Below are positions 24,986 through 38,629 of a stretch of 64,000 bases of DNA, in pieces. The stretch lies in NCBI GenBank assembly GCA_024137785.1, contig JAHRHZ010000087.1, positions 17,426,258 through 17,490,257 of the forward strand. Reading direction: 5' to 3'. The notes below the pieces were generated by a model. It ran no database searches, was not told the origin of the DNA, and worked only from the letters and a program-made list of their open reading frames with translations. Position 1 is the first letter of the stretch. Every line of letters begins with the position of its first letter. The position numbers and the translations under genes were made by a program. The DNA comes from Ginglymostoma cirratum (taxonomy: Eukaryota).

Positions 24986-26504
24986 GTACTTTCAGTTTGC
25001 TTTTAGGGCATTATATGAATGAAAATACATAAAATGCTTTGTCAAAGCTTGGACTTGTATCAAACATCCATGCTGTCATGAATATAGCTGCGCTAGCAAT
25101 TTACCCTGTCTATGACCCCATCAAAAATATAACATTGTTTGATTTGAACATTTTAAGATTTATACAGAAGAGTTGCAATTCTTAAAATCAATTATGCCAA
25201 AAAAACTGAAGAATGGAAATGTAACACTTTTTTTCTTTTTCTCAAATTTAACATGCATAATGTGTAAAAAAAAACAAAATTAAAGCTTTTGACATCAACA
25301 TTTCCAATACTAGTTTTAAGATTGCTGAAAATATAAAAAAAGTTTTATGGACAAGCTGCAATTTTTGTGACTGAGATTTAAATGCTCCAGGCAACAAATA
25401 CTATCGACTTGGATATACCTTTTTGTTTCTGGACCGTTTGAAATAAATACACCAACAATAATATAGCCAGTTCCAGAAATTAGATGCACAAGTAAGAAAA
25501 CATATGTTCCACTGCATTTGGGGGTCAGAGGTGCAGTAACTCCTAATAATGTAAATTTATTGCTCACTGAACAAAAGGTCGCAGTGAAATATTTTCTTTG
25601 ATTAAACAGTTCAATATGTAATACGTGAATATATAAGTCACAAATGCTCTCAATCTATGTGTTTCCTTCAATATTTACAGACATGCTTGTTAAAATTTAG
25701 AAAAATATGAAACTTTATTACTTTTTTTTCCAAGCAAATTAGATGTCTTTTCACCCATTGATTTCATTGTCTCATTTCCCCATCAGTTTTCTTGCTGCAG
25801 TCTGCTTGGCCTATGCACATCTTCAAAGAGGCAATTAAGTGGTGTGTTCTTGGGCCTTTACCTGAGATCAACAAGTAGAACAATTGTCCCACTATTCCTC
25901 GAAATCGTTTTTGGTGCTTAGGTATTCTACAGTATTTCTATGCCACTGTATTTCTGTGATTGCCATTAACATTTACATGGCTACATATGAATCCAGACCC
26001 AAATGATGTGATTGACTCTTAACAGCCCTCTGGGCAATAATGGATGGGCAATAAATGCTGGCCCAGACATCGATGCCCACAACCTATTAAGGAATTAAAA
26101 AAAGTGCCATTAACGTTTTCATTTTGATATTGGCCATTTTTCTAAGACTACTTAGTTATCATCAGCCACTTTCTTTATGATCTGGAAAAATAGATCAAAA
26201 ACGTGATACTGCACAATGTCAAATTTTTAGGTCTTTGTCATTTGATTAACTCATAGAAGAGTTTTGAAGCTGCTATTTGTCTAAATTAAGGGGGTTAGGG
26301 AAAAGTTCAAAGTTAAGAAAAGGCAGGAAAAAGTAGAAAGCATAATTTGTGTGAAAATTATAAAAGTACGATCATAATACAGGGAATAAGAATAAAGAAA
26401 ATTAGGACAGTGAGTGATCACAGACAGAGCACTTTTAAGTTATTTTTATGCATTTATGTTGGCAGTTTAGGACCAATCTTGCATTAGAAAAACTCTGATA
26501 CCGA

Positions 26505-26800
26505 TGAACAGCATCTATCTGTCTCAGGAGACAATGGACTATGCGCAGGATTTATGTCACTTCTGTCTGAACATCATCCCTTCTGTAGGTGACACGGATG
26601 AATAGAGCTGGCCTGAGGTTAAAAGATGGTCATTTCTTCTGGCGGACTCTGTTTTCTTCCATCTGGTCATCACTTTTTCCATGTCTTTATGATTGTTTGG
26701 CTCTAGGCACCCCAGTCAACAGCAAGGGCTTCCCATTCATAAACTCTGACAGCAGTCATGTTGATGTCTTGTTTATTGATATCTTCTAATCTCTTTCTGT
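26505..26800 (-). mobile_element. RTE-clade LINE 3' end
   Basis: EDINKQDINM..YEWEALAVDWGA resembles the RTE C-terminal WE.LA.DR..W motif; 3' UTR cattgtctcctgagacag. Confidence 0.6.
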
Positions 26801-28479
26801 CGCACAGTTGCCAAAACAGAGACTGTTTCCCACAAATCCTGACACAAAAATAACACTGAAGGAGCCAAAAGGATTTTAATGATTGAATTGAACATGTCAT
26901 CTTCAATGGTGGTGTTTCTCTATGATTTCATCCTGAAATGAGTTTTTAAAATGTCGAAGTTATTTTAAAAGTATATAACTAGTAGGAAGTCAATCTATTT
27001 ATTTCAGTTCTTGGCTTTTCAAATCCCAAGCCATTGCTTGGAAGCGTTACGAACGTCATGAATGCTCCAGAATGTCATGTGGCTAAGAAACAGGACAAGT
27101 TTGAGAGTGTTTCACCCCACGCTTCCATTTGGGTACAACGGGGCAAGTTTGACTTCAGGGTACAGTGGGTGGCAAGTACAAAGTGTTTAGATAATCTATC
27201 AATAATTTGGAGGCCAACTTACACACAAGATATATGAAAAGTAAATGCTGTTTTGGTCAAAGGTTGGGGGTCATCTTTTACACGTGATCAAACATTATTC
27301 AAGAGCGTAGAGTAATGTTAGCTGGATGTATCATTTTCTATTCAAATTAAATAACAAGGTGTCAGTGTGGTCATGGTATTACCATAGTGATTTCCCAGTT
27401 TGAAATGTAACTTCTGTTATCTCATATACACAGGAAGTCAGTCCTGGCAGGTTATGAGAGCTGTGCAGGTAACAAAGAAGGTTATCTGTCAATCATTTCC
27501 AAAAATACATGATCTAATGCATACTTGTCATTTCCATTTAAAGATAGCACATAATTGTGTAAATTGTTTACCCACCATCCTTTCCTAAAAAGTACTGGGT
27601 AGTGATCGATAGATGGTATTGCTTTCTTATTATCCTAAGTAGCCATTCTTCCCGTACGAGGAAAACAGATGGTATTAATTAGTTAATTGAAGCGTGATAG
27701 CTCAACATATATTTCAATTTCTACACATGTACTTACCAGGTATTAGACCACAGTTGCAAACAAGAGAACATTGGCTGATTTTCACAAATTCCAGCACTAT
27801 TAACTCACTTCAGGGTCAGCTATATCAGGTTCCATTGAAAACTTGACCTGGAACTTTGAGGGACAAATTAGTGCTAGAGAATACATTTGCCTAAAAAAAT
27901 TGAGAAAACATCACAAATTCTTTACACTGATATACAAACACTGCCCTTTGATATTGCTAGACTGAAGGAAGACTAATGCTTCCTTCAATTTGTCAAATGT
28001 TCATCCAATTTCTATGCAGCAGCATACATTATTGCATTAGCTACAATAGGACATCATCCAACGATAAAAGGTCACATATGATAAATAATTCTAGAAACCC
28101 TAAACAACCAGATATCAAATTTTACTGTATGTTTTATTACATTCTGCTGTGTTCTCAGGATTCATCTGATTTTTTTTGGATGAGAAGGGTAAACTAAAAA
28201 GTTGTAGCAGAAGATAACTTTTAAGACAAAGATGTGATTGGCAACATCTTTAATTTATATTATCATATACTTAACATTAATGTAGTTAAAATAATTCATC
28301 AATACTCTCAATAATTGTCAACTCTCCATTAAATTTAAAGCCACAACATGCAAGAAAGACCATTCTAGATTCTAGACAATTCTAGACCGCAGTGTTTAAT
28401 ACAAGATACTACATAGAAATCCTCATATAAAGGGGAAAATCTCGCCTGCCAGAAATGCCTTTATGTCTGTACCATGAAT

Positions 28480-29030
28480 GATAGCTCATGTTAACATTCA
28501 AGGTGAACACTGCGTCTAATTCTGGGAATGATGGTTCAAGAAAGATGGAGGCACTTTAAAACATATAGGAAAGATTTATGACAATGGTTCTGATGATGAA
28601 AGGATTCAGTTATTTGGATCAATCGATAAACCTGTGGCTGTTCTCCTTAGAGAAGGTTAAGGAGCTATTTGAAAGAGGCATTGAAAATTATTTGGAGTCT
28701 TGATAGAATAGAGATGAAACTGTTCCTGTTGATTGAATTGGGAATCAGAGGACAAGGGGTTTAAGGTGATTGACAAAATAGAACAACATGGGGAAATACT
28801 TGTTATGCAGCCAATGGTTTGGGTCTGGAATGCATTGCCTGAACATGTGGTGAAGGCAATTACAGTATTGGCTTTTAAAAGTGAATTGGTTAAGCATCTG
28901 AAGACAAAATAAGATCGTGTTGCAGGGGAAAGGCTGGGGAGTGGGACTAGGTAAGTAGTTCTTATAAAGAGCCAATACAGATAGAACAAAGTAAATGGGC
29001 TCCTTCTGTGCTGCAACCATTCTATGATTT
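28480..29030 (+). mobile_element. CR1-like LINE 3' fragment
   Basis: ctgttctccttagagaaggttaaggag..ggtttaaggtgattgac..tggaatgcattgcctg; tail ctgtgctgcaaccattctatgatt. Confidence 0.75.
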
Positions 29031-29100
29031 TAAAAAACTGCAAAACAATGTTGCAGTTGGACATAGCAGACAGATCTAACCCTTTATGAAGAAGAAGCCA

Positions 29101-29223
29101 TGGTCTTGAGGTACTCTGAGGAAGGGTCATGGACCTGAAACGTTAACTCTGATTTTTCTTCACAGATGCTGCCAGACCTGTTGAACTTTAACAGCAACTT
29201 CTGTTTTTGGTCTTGAGGTACTC
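29101..29223 (+). mobile_element. 91-bp Penelope-derived hammerhead insertion with 16-bp TSD
   Basis: tggtcttgaggtactc at both 29101-29116 and 29208-29223 flanks (c)tgaggaagggtcatggacctgaaacgttaactct... Confidence 0.85.
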
Positions 29224-31119
29224 GGTGACTTATTTATCAGTGAGACTATTTAAAGCCATTCAGTGCGTGTTTCCGAATAAATGATCCTTTCCTGAGGAAA
29301 ACCTCTCTTTCCAAGTTGTACCATACAGCCAACAACTCTCTCAGATCATGCCCAGCTATGTGAAATTTGCCATCATAACTAGCCAAAGCTATCGTCTTAG
29401 TCCTCAAATGACTGGCATCCATGTATTTATCCATGGGAGTGGCCTATCAGACAATGAAGCTCCTGATGTCAGTGCAAGGCTCCTGTGGATGAACCCCTGA
29501 GATTGTTCTGAAAGGCCATAAATTACCACTTTTCCAATAAATGCTGAGTGGATAAAGAGGACCATGTGGAAATAAATTTTCACAGCTACCACTTGCAGGA
29601 AAATACATGATGGCCACTTCAAGTTGCAAAACCAAACATACTATGGCATGCAGAAAATTCAAAGATCACATCCCTCAATGCCACTGAAATGGCAAGAGGA
29701 TGTAGCTAAATTGATGATACATAGAGTTCTTCCTGGACATTTTCTGGAAATCTTAAAGAGCATCAAATCCAAATCAAGTACATAAGTACAGTAGACAATG
29801 TTATAATGTAAAGCTATCTTCACTGTCTACTTATAACAAAAATTTTGGAACAAGCTTCTCTTGGGCCGTCAGATCCATTGATATAAGTGGTTAGAATTTT
29901 TCAAAAGATAGTTCTCCTGTGAGCTGTCAATGCAGCCAAATGCCAACATTAGATTTGGCATCTAATTCAAAATATCGGCTCATCTCTCAAAGCAGCCAAC
30001 CCAATCAATGGACCAGCAGCTCAGCAGCTGTGGAAGCACACCGATAGTAGTGGCCAGTGTAGAGTCTGCAGGATAAACAAGAGGGTGCTTCTATGTGAAG
30101 GTATCCTCTAAGATCCAGGAGTAGTGGGAATAAAGTGGCAACATTAGTCTGTGGGGGAACAACCATTTTACCAGAAAGTGTCCATAAACAAAGGACACCC
30201 ACTACCCAGTAATCCAGTAGAAGGCCACCATGGTTTATCAGAAAACCTGACCGAACTAAAGATAATATTCAAAAACTGAATGCCATTGGGCTCTCAGTCT
30301 TATTTCCACATTTAAAGTTCCAACCAACTCCGTTACATTGGAAGTTGCATGTGAAATCCATCTCAGTTAATTCCAGAAGTAAATGAGTTGAAAGCAGTTT
30401 TGGGTAAGGAGGTAGATTTTTCACACTTTAACCCCCTGCAACCAAATCAAATCTGCTTTTATTTTAGGTTAACTCAAGGTTTACTTCATTAATAAAACAT
30501 AGCCTGTACAAAAAAGGACAGGCTGATCCAGACATGAAATTGAAGATTACCTCTACTACCTCAACCTCAGGCTCACAAGAATGGTGATCCAATCCAATAA
30601 CACCCCAGAAAGATAGAATACCTACGTTGTGTCAGTTTCCAAGTAAATTTTTCCCACAGTGGCATTGCAAATCTTAATGCATGTAAACATATAAACGTGT
30701 ATACTTATTTATGTACATAAATATGTATATTTATTTTCCCTCCTATAAATGCTGTGATAACGAAATGCATTTGAGCTATGCAACCATTGTAAATCCTTTT
30801 CTTTAAAGCGTTTTCAAGGAATAGAATCTATTGCAACTCTAGTAACATGGAAACTCGATAACAGAGAACATTAAATATTCTCATGAGTGGCAGAAAAGAA
30901 ATGTACAGAAATAATTTGAAATGACTTTAATTACATCTACTAATTGCATGCATCACATTACACCTGGGCATTACTAATATTGTTTGCCAATAAAGCACTT
31001 CAGTTAGACTAGGAAGCTAGTGTAACTTGGGCAGAAAAAAACAGGGTAGCTTTAAAAGTTTGCTATAAAACTCCAAGTGTAAAAACAATGCTCATTTTAA
31101 GTTTGAAAGAAGTGAAACC

Positions 31120-31660
31120 TGCAATAAGAAGAGGTTGAAAAAAACGAAGATTGTTTTCCTTGGAACAAAGAAGGTTAAGCAATACCTGATACAAGTTTTT
31201 AGGACGATGAGCAATTTTGAAGGGTAGGTAGAGAAAAAGCATTACCTCACATGAGTAGTCTGATAATCAGAGATGATAGAGTTAAACTCAGCAACAAGAG
31301 ATTAAGAGGGGAGGTGAGAAGAAATAGTTACACCCAGAAATTTATCAGTATTTGGAATACTTGATCTGTAAAACTTGGCAGATCCAGCAGGTTTGGGAAT
31401 AGTCAAAACAAATGAGTACATCCCAGAATTGTATACATATATTCCTATGAATTTAAAATATGTCTCAAGCAAGCAATCAAGGCTGTGAAATTACTGAAGT
31501 TGATAAACAACTTTAAAAGGGACTTGGAGAAGTACTTGAGGATGAGGATAAAGGGACTTATAGGGTTATGACCAAAAGGGAAAGCTACAAGACTAAGCCT
31601 GATTACTCTGTCAAGGATTCCCAAATGGCCTCCTTTGATGCTTTAAGAATCTAGTATTGA
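31120..31660 (+). mobile_element. Old CR1-like fragment
   Basis: ttgttttccttggaacaaagaaggttaag; tail ccaaatggcctccttt. Confidence 0.6.
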
Positions 31661-32499
31661 GTAATAATCCCACAGTGAGGACAGATTGCACATATGGCAG
31701 AGTAATATATAACTGTTGCCAAAGAAGGACACTAAGTCAAATCTTTTGCACTTGCCCTCATCAAAATGTCTTTGAAAGAGCCTATGGTTACAAACTTTGG
31801 CTCTAAAAGGTCCTCAATCTTTCTCAGATTATCCTGGAAGAGAAAGATATCCCAAAAAAGTTGAGGAACAGGTGAAACTAGCAGACTCATGCAGCTACAT
31901 TGTAGTTTCCATGAGTAGTCTCCACTAACAAGATACTGCTGTCAAACCAAATAAACTCTTTACCTACCACGTAATACCTGGTTTATGAATGTCAGCACCG
32001 GTGTAATGACAAGTATGTTTTTTACATCCCAGTGACTGGCAGACCATATCAAACAACATTCTCTTTGGCCATCCGTAATGGGCAGCATGCTGACTGTGCT
32101 CACCCAGCCCAAACTGCAAACCTCAGAGCACTGTGTCCATCATTAGGTGTGATTCAGCTAATGGACAATATTTACTAAAAAGTCATGATTATGCTAAAAA
32201 TTTCAGTCAGTGTTATTCTTTTGTGCGCACTGGAAACTACATATTTCACACAAAGGACTTTGAAAATAAAAGAAATTTGTCCATACATTGAACTGTTCAC
32301 ATTGAGGGCATGGACACTACCCATCCCTGACATATTCTCCAGGGCAATGGCCTGACCAATGAGAGTCTGCACGTCTGCTACAACTTTAATCAGCTACCTA
32401 AGATTGACAGTTAATAGTTGTTGTTGTATCTCTTTGCCAATCATGGCCAAACCAATCAGTATCCTTTCCAAAATAAAAATAGAAATGGCTGGAAAAAAA

Positions 32500-32610
32500 A
32501 GAGAGAAAATGAGAGTGAGATTGAGGGTGAATGTGAGAGAGAGAGAGACAGTAGGAGTGAGTGTGAATGTGAATGAGAGAGAGAATGAGAGAGTGTGGGA
32601 GAGACTGAGC
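32500..32610. repeat. Degenerate (GA)n/(GAGT)n microsatellite
   Basis: gagagtgagattgagggtgaatgtgagagagagagag... Confidence 0.85.
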
Positions 32611-32633
32611 AGCGATTGCACAGAAAGCAATGT

Positions 32634-33376
32634 GTAATGGTCAGTCTGGGAGAATTAATAGCTGGGGATGAGGGTAAAGGCATAGGAGAAGGCGCTCAGG
32701 CCCTAAAATGATTGAACTTGATATTGAGTCCTGAAGGCTGCAGGGTCCCCAGGTGGAAAATGAGATGCTGTTCTTCCAGCTTGTGCTTAACTTCACAGGA
32801 GCACTGCAGCAAGCCCAAGACAGATGTTGGCCAGGGAACTCAGTGGTGTGTTGTAGTGGCAGGCAACTGGAAGCTTAGGGTCTTTTTTTGCGAACGGAAT
32901 CAAGGTATTCTGCAAGGTGGTCTTCCCATCTGTGTTTTGTCTTCCAACTGTGGAGGAGACCACATGGTGAACAGCGAATACAGTGGACTACATTGAGTGA
33001 AGAGCAGGAAAATCATGCTTATCTTGGAAGGCATGTCTGGGCCTTGTATACTGAGGAGGGAGGAAGTAAACAGGCATGTGTTACACCTTCTGTGATTGTA
33101 TGGGTAGGTGATGAGAGTGGAGGACAAGTGGACCAGAGTGTCCCAGAGGGAATTGTCCCTGCAGAAGGATGACAAGGGAGGGGAGGGGAATAGACATCTA
33201 GCAGTAACATTGCACTGGAGGTGGTGGAAATGGCAGCTAATGATCTTTTGAATAAGGAGGCTGGTGGGGTGGTAAGTGAGGACTTGGGGACCTAATTGCA
33301 GTTGTATGAGGGAAGGGATGGAATGAGGGCCAAAGTGTGGGAGGTGGGTTGGACACAGCTGAGGGCCCTGTCAACC
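32634..33376 (-). mobile_element. Penelope-like element, GIY-YIG endonuclease end
   Basis: Minus strand HKLEEQHLIFHLGTLQPSGLNIKFNHFR, the typical PLE ORF C-terminus. Confidence 0.8.
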
Positions 33377-36099
33377 TGAATAATTTACTCTTGAATTTGT
33401 AGGTTTTGTGCTTTAACAGTTTAATCAAAATTGATCGCGGGATTTCATTTTAAAATTCTTGCATACTTTCTTAGCAGATCTGCAACATACATTTTGTAAC
33501 AGTGAATGCATTGTTCAGCATGAGACAAAGCAGATGCACAAGTTCATCAGAGGTTACCACATGTGTATCAGCATAGCTTTTAAAATATAATGCCCCTGAG
33601 TGCAGTGGTCAGTGAAATGGATGACATGATCAGGAATTCTGCCTTGGATTTCAGCCCACTTGATTTAGCAGCCTTTATGATGTGCTGTTCATTAAAATTA
33701 ATTAACACAGACAATACTTAAAGGGAAGTTAAAAACCAGGTAGAATAATCATGTGGTTCAACTGATACTGTAAACTGCTAAACCAGACCTCTCAATGTTT
33801 TGGGTAACTGAATCATGCAGCATATTGACAGCAAGAAATGTATGTTGTTCTATCTTATTGTTTTTTTTTTGCCAAACATTGTTCACTTCTTGAAAAATAT
33901 GATTCCGCATCAATGAAGAAAATAAAGCCTTGCAATAATATAGAGCTCTGGTGCCCTTAGGAATTTGACATGCAAGTGCACCATCACAGTACGTTAAAGG
34001 TTACATGAACAGTACTTATACGGTGACAAATTCTAAAGTATTCTCAGTTGTTCCGCATAAGACATCATGGATTCCACCAACACACAACGCAGCATGAACT
34101 AATTAAAAAATATCTTGAATTTATCAAAACCTTGACAGGGATAATCTTAGCTCAGCACATCACTATATTGAAGCAAATTACTTTGATTCGTCACAAAATC
34201 GTCCTAAAGGCAAATGGGTAAGGCAATCCAATTCATTTTTATATTATCATGGAGTTGGTTTACTAATGTACAACATACACAATAAAAGTAGCTATTAAAT
34301 GCATCTGGTGGTGAATGATGGTGTATGTTTTTATTAACACCTCATCTGATATTTTGCTGAATAAGTTGTATGCACACCAGAGCAGAGGAGTTGATATTTG
34401 AGAGCAGGATAAGCTATGCTGATGACCAGTGAATTAACATTAATCTTCTTCTATTTCAGAGGATACTGGATACAGTGATATAAATGGCACACATCTCTTT
34501 TACTGATAAAATACAACTGGTAAATGTACTGTGCGCACAACTGCATAAATCATTAATGTTAGCACTAAATGTGGACTGTAAAAAGAGTAACATAAATTGG
34601 CACCAACACAAAAATCCATATACATTTTGAAAACGACACAACTATTTCACAGTACTAAGTGAAAAGAATCCTTGAGTAATAGAAGCCACATGGTGTTTAA
34701 AAAATAAATCTGAAATATTCAGGGAGCATTTTGTGGAAAAACAGTATTTTAGCCATAATGTGCAAGCTACCTTCAGGACCTAAATGATATTGAGAGTGGA
34801 AGACTATGAAACAATCATTGATTGCAGTCAAACTCTGTCCTGAAAAATGCATAGAAGTGTTTCATGTTGCAAGTAATCCCATCTCTTTCGCAACAATTTA
34901 TTTTCTGTACAGTGAATGTGTAAATAACAGTCTCAGAGACAATAATAGTTTATAATTGCTTATACTTTACATGTCCAGCATATAAACTATTTACATTTTT
35001 GACAACTTTTTAAAAATTTGCTCTGCTCACCTCCGTATGATGTCCCAATGTTGATTGCTTCTGAGGTCACATATGACTCAGTGCACTGTCGTTTTCTTTC
35101 AAACTGTTGTGGTGTTTGCAAAGTATGTAAGGCAGCAATGTGCCTGCTACAGATAGAAGTTTATCTTAGGAGTGGTAATCAGTAATGTTATCAAAAAGGA
35201 AAATTCTAAGAAGCAATTAAGAAGTTGGTAACAAACAAACTTTCTGGTATGCTGCCATTCCAACACTACATTACTATACAGGATGGAGTATAAGCTTTAG
35301 TTTTTCACCTATTTCCTGCGGTGCAGTGGAGCTAACTCTGGAACTGTTAAACAAGTTCTAAATTAACAGTATGCTACATTTGTATAATGTTTCCAGCATG
35401 CTATCAGCTGCATGTCATTAATCAAACATCTGTTTTTAGTTTTTAACCGGATCTTATGTTTTTCTCTTTTACCTAGAATGCTCAGGAAAATCATAACAAT
35501 TATTGCAAACATTACTCTTTCATAGATTTTAGAACTAAATACATATATGCAAAGACATACCTTCATTATTTGTCCCGGAGCTGGCTGCTAAAATACCTGG
35601 AGTTCAGTACTGTGGACACAATTCACTGAAGCAGCAAGATGTGGGCAACCCCAGTGTGAGGCTTTCCTTCCAAAGCAGTGTCTTTTAATAGTGAGATACT
35701 TTGGAAAATCGAGAGCTATAATGTTGTATCCCTAAACTAATTGCTGCACTCACTTTCAGAGAACTTCAGTTGCCAAATTTATCTCATCATGTTTACCAAG
35801 GCAGCTCTCATCGTAGTTAGACAGGATTAGCTATTTTAAAATGTGTGTGTAGTTCCCCTGCTGGAGTACTGGGTAAGGGCTCTAGCTGGTGTACTGAGCT
35901 GACAGATCAAGTTCAGTGCATTTGAAACACCAAAGGAACTATAAAAGCCTTTTGTGCCTCTAAAGCAAGATTACCACTTCCAATTGTTATCTAGTTCTTG
36001 GACAGGCTTCGTTGTGATTCCCCACCAAAGTTGTTTCATCTAATGACATTTACTCTAGGGTTGCTAGCACTGGTTAGTTGTTATTTTATATTCTTCACT

Positions 36100-36370
36100 T
36101 GACCTCCTACTTCCACCTAATTCATCCCATCCAAGCCTCCATCATTTGCTGCCCTCCATGTCTATCCCATGGCCCACTGACTTTCCACACCAAATGGAAA
36201 AGTAAAGATCCTTTGTTACCCATTTAATAATTCTGAAGCAGGGACACTGGACACAAAACATTAACTCTGTTTTCTCTTAAAGATGCTGCCACACCTGCAA
36301 AGTTTCTCCAGCAATGTCTGTTTCTGTTTGTTTCAGATCTCCAGCATCTGCAAAGTTTTGTTTTATTTAT
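36100..36370 (+). mobile_element. Penelope-like terminal repeat, degenerate
   Basis: ttctgaagcagggacactggacacaaaacattaactctg..agatgctgcc..ccagcatctgc. Confidence 0.65.
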
Positions 36371-36449
36371 TAGAACTTATCAGGGTTACTGTGCAGTATT
36401 TGCTGAGGAAATAGCACAGGAGGATTCACACAACTTCTGCATTAGTACA

Positions 36450-38100
36450 GGCAGGTGTCCATAACAGCCCCACAGTTCTTTCACATCTCTTTTGAGGCGT
36501 TAACCAAGGCAATTGAGAGATGGGAAATACTATTTCGGGAGTGCAATGAAAAAACTGTCCAGATACATCAAAAAGTCCAGGATGGAGGTAGCTTTGGAGG
36601 TCAGCAGTAGAGAGGTGATCAGGAAGAAGTGGGTCCAATATTACATAAGTTTCAATGACTTGATAGAATCTGGAAAGATGAGCAGCATGCAACATCTAAA
36701 TAACAAGCCTCTATCTCTATATGCAGATTTGTATGCAATTAAGCAGCCTGAATGTCCATTGTGAAAGCAAGTGATCAAATAAAACACTGAAAAGTCAACT
36801 GCCTCCACATATGCGGTGGAATTGAGAAGAAGGCATCACTGAGGATGTGACAGCTCCTGTCAATGTCACGCTGGAACAGATGAGGGAGTTCAGTCTACTC
36901 ATACATCATTGTTTCCAGTTCCTGCAGGAAAAGACAGCTCACAATAGTCATATGAGGTCTCAAACTAATGTGGTCTGATCAACCTGACACAAATAGAGGA
37001 GGTAGAATTAGAGATTCAAGGGGTTCAGTTTAGTAGACTCTCAGTTGTGTTGAATTTGGAGCAGGACCATTTTGTAGTTTTATCTTCAGGTGAAGGTAAT
37101 GAAGGAAACTCCTGTCCAATGCACAGAGTCGCTTTTTGGCCATGGTCATTGGTTATACTGAGGCACCTGCTGAGTATCTCAAATTTTCCTCATTGCTTTG
37201 TTGTGTTTCCCATATGGCCTGCAGTGGAGGGGGTGTTGCTTGATCTGACATAGTCTTTGCAAGCTCCTGAACAGGAGAAGATGCCATATAAGTGGCATTT
37301 CCCATTACACGCCCGTACCACCGATCAGCACAAATGAACTCAACCTTGATTAGGCCTAAACCTAGTTGAGAAGATATATCACTGGGTGACCAACACAAAG
37401 CAAGTAAGTAGGACGAGGGCAGTGAAGGTAACTGTTGGAAGTTGTCTTTGGATGAAAGAGGACAGATACTGATATCTTTGCGGGGTGAAACACAGGGTGT
37501 CAGGTACCACAAACAAGGGGAGCTTCTTTGAAACATCAAATGGCAGATAAATTCCCGATTATTGAAGATCTTTGATAAATTATGGGGCCATGGCACATAG
37601 TAGAAGAGTCTGTGTGGTGCATGTACTCTGTTATGACTTGATTTGAGCATGGGTTCCTCCATTGAGAGAATGGCCAACCTCTCAGACAGCCATATAGAGC
37701 ACCAATCCGATTGGGGGGTGCAGGAGTAAATCATTGACACACAGAAAACAAAAGAGTGAGCAACACTCTGTAGCATCAACCTTTCAGCATCGCTTTTGGG
37801 CAAAGAAGTTTGGAGTGGTGGTCATGAGCATCCCAGCCAATCAAAGAGATTGAGTACAGGGCCATTCCTCAGGGAGCAGCAATGTCATTCCTCCTCAACT
37901 TGGTCTTTCTGACTCAAGATCTTTCTATGTCTTAAGGTCCTGTGACAGAAGCTGCCTCTGGAATGAAGCACGTTCAGTTGTATAAAGAGGAGCCCCATGA
38001 GCACATCCAGAACAAGGATAGAAAGTATGGGCATCTCAACCAGATACAGATATCACGTAACAGGATATTTCCACGTAATTCTTGCTCTCAGGGGAAGAAA
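36450..38100 (+). pseudogene. Second Harbinger Myb/SANT-like gene remnant
   Basis: KKSRMEVALEVSSREVIRKKWVQYYISFNDLIESGK, then decayed donor (atgag at 36678); exon 2 cctgcag|EKTAHN at 36928; 3' limit approximate. Confidence 0.6.
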
Positions 38101-38184
38101 CTTTTAGAAGTGAATACGAATGCAAGGTGCCATGTCCTTAGTTAGGCTTGATGAGTCACCTATGTGAGGTTTTTTTTTAATTAT

Positions 38185-38310
38185 TAACCTATTTTTCCTA
38201 ACCAACCTGTTCAGGAATGTTATTACACACCTCTGGAGCAAATGGGATTTCAATGTGGGCCTCCTTGTCCAAGGGTAGGAACAGTGCAACCATGCCACAA
38301 GACAGCCCCC
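38185..38310 (-). mobile_element. Short tRNA-derived SINE
   Basis: ccaacctgttcaggaatgttattacacacctctggagca...ggtaggaacagtgcaaccatgccacaag, same family as 20480. Confidence 0.65.
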
Positions 38311-38629
38311 CAAAAGTTAAGGTTTTCCATATTAATTGGTCATTACATTGACCTGTAGTAGAAATAATTATGAAATCAAAATTTGGAATCATTCAAATTT
38401 GATATCAAAAATGAGACAATGGTTAAAAGGATGGAAGGACATTATTGGACTGGTGCCAATGTTTGGTTGGGAGAATGGTGGCAGTGAACACCCCATTCTC
38501 AGTGTATTTGAGTGTTGGTGGGATTTTTCAAATGTGGATCCTTGTTGGATAACTTATATTCTGAGTATTTCTGAGTAAGTTGAGCTACAAAGTCATCTGT
38601 CATAGGACAGGGAGCTGCTCAGGTGAAGT

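Noticed and set aside
27200-27315. Tc1/pogo-like terminal motif gggggtcatcttttacacg
   Set aside because: No partner inverted repeat or TA duplication found
30140-30190. Possible gag CCHC knuckle (CG..NNHFTRKCP)
   Set aside because: Needs a frameshift, lacks the first Cys, and no supporting flanking motifs were found
32359-32683. ORFs with RV/ER or SL/TL repeats
   Set aside because: Translation of a GA-rich microsatellite
37153-37803. Longest ORF (216 aa, - strand)
   Set aside because: Antisense to the Myb-like remnant; no motifs; non-ATG start
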